From: Polynucleobacter sp. JS-JIR-5-A7
GTDB taxonomy: Bacteria > Pseudomonadota > Gammaproteobacteria > Burkholderiales > Burkholderiaceae
DNA: 32,000 nucleotides
Assembly (NCBI RefSeq): GCF_018687935.1
Contig: NZ_CP061308.1
Location: forward strand, 2,115,031 to 2,147,030
Reading direction: 5' to 3'
A program made the translations under genes and the position numbers. The notes beneath the pieces were generated by a model, which was given only the letters and a program-made list of their open reading frames with translations, was not told the DNA's origin and did not search any database. This document shows, one piece after another, positions 31,861 to 32,000 of this stretch (positions within the stretch are counted from its first letter, which is position 1; every line of letters starts with the position of its first letter).

Positions 31861-32000
31861 GGCCCATTTTTCTTAAACAAAGCATAGTAAAAACCATCGT
31901 TCGCTTCGGTTGGCAAAAGCTGTCCTGGAGCATCTAATCGTAACGCATTGCCATGCTGCTGCGCAAACCAAGCTGCCTGCTCTTCACCCTCCTCCGGAAA
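31857..32000 (-). CDS. rsmB: 16S rRNA (cytosine-C5)-methyltransferase RsmB, C-terminal end only
   Basis: The in-frame translation FPEEGEEQAAWFAQQHGNALRLDAPGQLLPTEANDGFYYALFKKNGP* ends with the DGF(F/Y)YA motif typical of the RsmB C-terminus. Its TGA overlaps the next ATG. Confidence 0.55.
   Translation of the reverse strand, partial: FPEEGEEQAAWFAQQHGNALRLDAPGQLLPTEANDGFYYALFKKNGP

Overview
The window looks like a moderately AT-rich betaproteobacterial chromosome. The right-hand block rsmB-DUF4390-ntrY-ntrX is a Burkholderiales-type arrangement, possibly Polynucleobacter-like; this is inference only. Core genes sit at both ends: cupin, tautomerase and GST at 1-1364, and OsmC/YcaO, ntrX, ntrY, DUF4390 and rsmB at 25970-32000. 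Between them, about 24 kb of accessory DNA has accreted downstream of one intact tRNA-Phe(GAA) gene (25837-25912, minus strand). The 3' end of that tRNA recurs five more times as direct repeats, at about 25159, 19890, 6469, 2544 and, degenerate, 1442. These repeats divide the region into islets. Cargo includes a BrnT/BrnA toxin-antitoxin pair, sorAB-like sulfite dehydrogenase, and a tight seven-gene envelope operon plus a decayed duplicate of part of it. It also includes an orphan pstS, an intact integrase with plasmid/phage-like genes, an arsR-arsC-aquaporin/arsH cluster, and an inactivated integrase. Beside the inactivated integrase lies a very AT-rich gene for a Rieske + metallo-beta-lactamase-fold protein that resembles animal CMP-Neu5Ac hydroxylase end to end. 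A 15-bp palindrome, GTCCTTTWAAAGGAC, occurs ten times (nine exact, one variant), only inside the accessory block (6.7-25.1 kb). It usually lies in short gaps between gene modules. Some copies carry one-sided extensions that form inverted pairs, one of which brackets the intact integrase. No rRNA genes, CRISPR arrays or transposases were seen. All family assignments come from motif recognition and memory, not from searches.
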